Shown piece after piece: positions 61,239 to 64,000 of a stretch of 64,000 bases of DNA. The position numbers were made by a program, and so were the translations under genes. Numbering within the stretch: position 1 is the stretch's first letter; each line of letters begins with the position of its first letter. The DNA lies in assembly GCF_009914755.1 (NCBI RefSeq), contig NC_060928.1; one strand, 5' to 3'. The notes beneath the pieces are model-generated. The model made no database searches. It was not told the origin of the DNA and saw only the letters and a list, made by a program, of their open reading frames with translations. The DNA comes from the human T2T-CHM13v2.0 reference genome, Homo sapiens.

Positions 61239-62201
61239 TGTTGTGGGAAGTCAGGGACCCTGAACAGAGGGACCAGCTGGAGCTGAGGCAGAAGAACATA
61301 AATTGTGAAGATTTCATGAACATTTATCACTTCCCAAAATTAATACTCTTGTAATTTCTTATGCCTGTCTTTAATCTCTTAATCCCATTATCTTTGTAAG
61401 CTGAGAATGTACGTCACCTGAGGATCACTATTGTACAAATTGATTGTAAAATATGTGTGTTTGAACAATATGAAATCAGTGCACCTTAAAAAAAAAACAG
61501 AATAACAGTGATTTTCAGGGAACAAGGGAAGACAACCATAAGGTCTGACTGCCTGCAGGGTTGGGCAGAATACAGCCCTATTTTTCTTCTTGCAGGGAGC
61601 CTATAAACGGACGTGCGAATAAGAGAAATATCACTGAATTCTTTTCCCAGCAAGTAATAACCCTGGGGAAGGAATGCATTCCTTGGGGGAGGTCTATGAA
61701 CAGCCGCTCTGGGAGTGTCTGTCTTATGCAGTTGAAATAATGACTGAAATACGCTCTGGTCTCCTGCAGTGCCCTCAGGCTTACTAGGATTGGGAAATTC
61801 CAGCCTGGTAAATTCTAGTCAGACCAGTTATCTGCTCTCAAACTCTGTTTCCTGTTAAGATGTTTATCAAGACAATACGTGCATGGCAGGACATAGACCC
61901 TCATCAGTATTTCTAATTTTGCCTTTGCCTTGTGATCTTTATTGCCCTTTGAAGTATGTGATCCTTGTGACCTACTCCCTGTTCATACACCCCCTCCCCT
62001 TTTAAAATCCCTAATAAAAACTTGCTGGTTTTGTGGCTCGGGGTCATCATCACGGTCCTACCAATATGTGATGTCATCCCCAGAGGCCCAGCTGTAAAAT
62101 TCCTCTCTTTGTACTCTTTCTCTTTATTTCTCAGACCAGCCAACACTTAGGGAAAATAGAAAAGAACCTATGTTGAAATACTGGGGCTGGTTCCCCCAGT
62201 A
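61239..62201 (+). mobile_element. MER11 (HERV-K11/HML-8) solo LTR
   Basis: Starts tgttgtgggaagtcagggaccc...aacataaattgtgaagatttcatg; poly-A signal ctaataaaaacttgctgg; ends gttgaaatactggggctggttcccccagta. Confidence 0.9.
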
Positions 62202-62649
62202 AATGGGAAAAAAAAATCCTTCTTACCTAAGATCCTTTTTTCCAACCAAAATCCAATCCAAGAAAAAAGTATCCTTTAAATCCAAACTCATTTCCTTAGC
62301 TATTAATGCAGTTTATCATAGCTACATATTGAAAGTTACAAATATGCCAGGCTTTGTCCATGTAGAACATCATTTTTTAATCTGTCAGCTTCTGACATTA
62401 ATAACACTGCAAAAAGAAGGACAGGAAATTACTCCTTTGACTCCTTCATGATAAAAAAAAATTAAAATTTTATCTGATAAAATGAAACACCCAACATAGA
62501 CCTCTTATTTTATCCCATAATACACACAAAGCAGTAATTTTACTTGAACATTGCTTCCTGATGTGCCTAGTTCTATAGTTAATTCCAAAAGTCCTATATG
62601 TTCAAGCAATGCTTCTCGTGTTGATTTTCTCATGTAGGTATGATCTGTT

Positions 62650-63080
62650 TTACTCACTGAAGCCAGAGTGGGTTTTTTTTTTTTTTAATATCTGATTATG
62701 GCACTTAACTGCTTAAAATCCTTCAATGTCCGTACATTGTTTTTGGAATAAGAAGCTAAATCCTGGATACAACCTTCAAGGCCTTACATGATTTAGTCTC
62801 AACTTCCTTTTCAGCCTCATTGCTAATTACTGTCTACTTCGATTGCTGAGCCTTGACCCCCAAACCTGCTTCCAGTTCCCTGTATGCTTCTCCTTCATAG
62901 CACTTAACACAATTGATGTTAATTATTTGTGCTAAGGGTTTGCCTAATACCACTTACCATACTAGATTGTAAGCTCCATGAAAATAGCAAGTATAAACAT
63001 CTTACTTGCTATTGTATCCCGGCATCTAATCTGGTACGTGGTGCATACTCAATAAATATTTATACAGCACATGAATACCT
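62650..63080 (+). mobile_element. L2 3' portion
   Basis: gcttaaaatccttcaatg...aaggccttacatgattt...ctagattgtaagctccatgaaaatag...tactcaataaatatt. Confidence 0.75.
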
Positions 63081-63245
63081 AAGGGAGAATCTCATATTTT
63101 TATTTCTTTGCATTCCCTCAAGTTAAAACACAAGAAATATTATGATGAATTTAAATGTCAAATAAGACACCTAATACATATACTTAGCCTAGAACTGTGC
63201 CAGACTCAGTAATTATTTATTGCTTATTATATATTGAACACATAT

Positions 63246-63280
63246 ATCACTTCTTTGCCTTTTGACTAAGATCATGTGTA
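63246..63280 (+). pseudogene. 3'-truncated U2 snRNA pseudogene (U2 nt 1-35)
   Basis: ATCACTTCTTTGCCTTTTGACTAAGATCATGTGTA vs recalled U2 ATCGCTTCTCGGCCTTTTGGCTAAGATCAAGTGTA: 30/35 identical, starting exactly at U2 +1. Confidence 0.85.
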
Positions 63281-63696
63281 AGATATATTAAATGATATTA
63301 TTACTGGTCAATATCTGACTATAAAGTCATAAAACATTTACTAAAAATTGATACTAATATTAAGCCTTCCTGAAATAGTCCTATTGAATTTCCATAAATA
63401 AGAGGAAAACTTAAATGAAAGTTTGCTATTTTAACTTCTGTGGCATTTAATCAAAACAATTCAGTAGTAATGTAACTAGAATGGCCCATATAACTGGCTT
63501 GGAATGCATGTTTGGTCATATCTTGTATATTTCCATGGAATCACCCTCTCCCCCACTTGTCTGTATTAATAGAAAATCCATTATCTCTCTCTTGAGACCT
63601 ACCCTTTCCCACTCTTGAGTCCAGTGGCTTACTCACTCTAAACTCCTGGCTGATGGAGAAAACTTCCTGGGCTCAGCAAGGCTGTTGTTTCTTTCA

Positions 63697-63715
63697 TTGC
63701 CACTAGATGTCGTTG
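63697..63715 (+). promoter_or_regulatory. CTCF-like motif
   Basis: TTGCCACTAGATGTCGTTG: good core match with its CpG retained. Confidence 0.55.
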
Positions 63716-64000
63716 TTGAAACCTAATATACATTCACAATCTGATGGCGGTGGCATGTCTATCCTCAGCAAAATCCTTTACAGACCCAGACCCTGTATAA
63801 CTGCACACTTGAGTGTAAATCAGGGCTCTTCAATCTCCTACTCAGATGTCCAGTTTTCTTCTCAAAGCATGAAAATCAGGCTAGGGTGGCTGAGTCTAGA
63901 GGGGTTTACAGCCCTGGTAACATATTATGTCAGAACCAACTTACCCCATGACCTGCAAACAAAGGGGCCCCAGTTCAAATATGTCTCCTTGAAATATTTT

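Overview
This is AT-rich, CpG-depleted primate (human-like) genomic DNA, intronic or intergenic. Much of it is interspersed repeat: about 20 Alu elements; LINE-1 copies from L1PA5-like to L1ME-like; L2, MIR and CR1 relics; MaLR, ERVL and ERVK LTRs (MLT1, THE1, LTR33/41-like, MER11); and DNA transposon fossils (Tigger4/Zombi, Charlie1a, MER58A, MER3). I found no intact protein-coding gene: every supplied ORF maps to Alu, L1, transposase relics, simple repeats or chance. One 35-nt truncated U2 snRNA pseudogene is present. I could not identify a convincing new biological system. The strongest unexplained signal is a cluster of locally templated insertions between 36 and 55 kb. It includes a perfect 43-bp inverted copy inside an ancient L1, a 139-bp copy of a nearby L1 pasted into an Alu with a snap-back hairpin, a foreign ~108-bp capture in another Alu, and palindromic patches; these resemble polymerase-theta/MMBIR repair scars. 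Also noted: four CTCF-like motifs, a CpG-retaining unique element at 18.1 kb, an 85-bp ungapped diverged direct repeat, a candidate L1 3' transduction and a few candidate non-coding exons. Repeat subfamily calls come from recalled consensus features, not from a database search, and boundaries of old elements are approximate.
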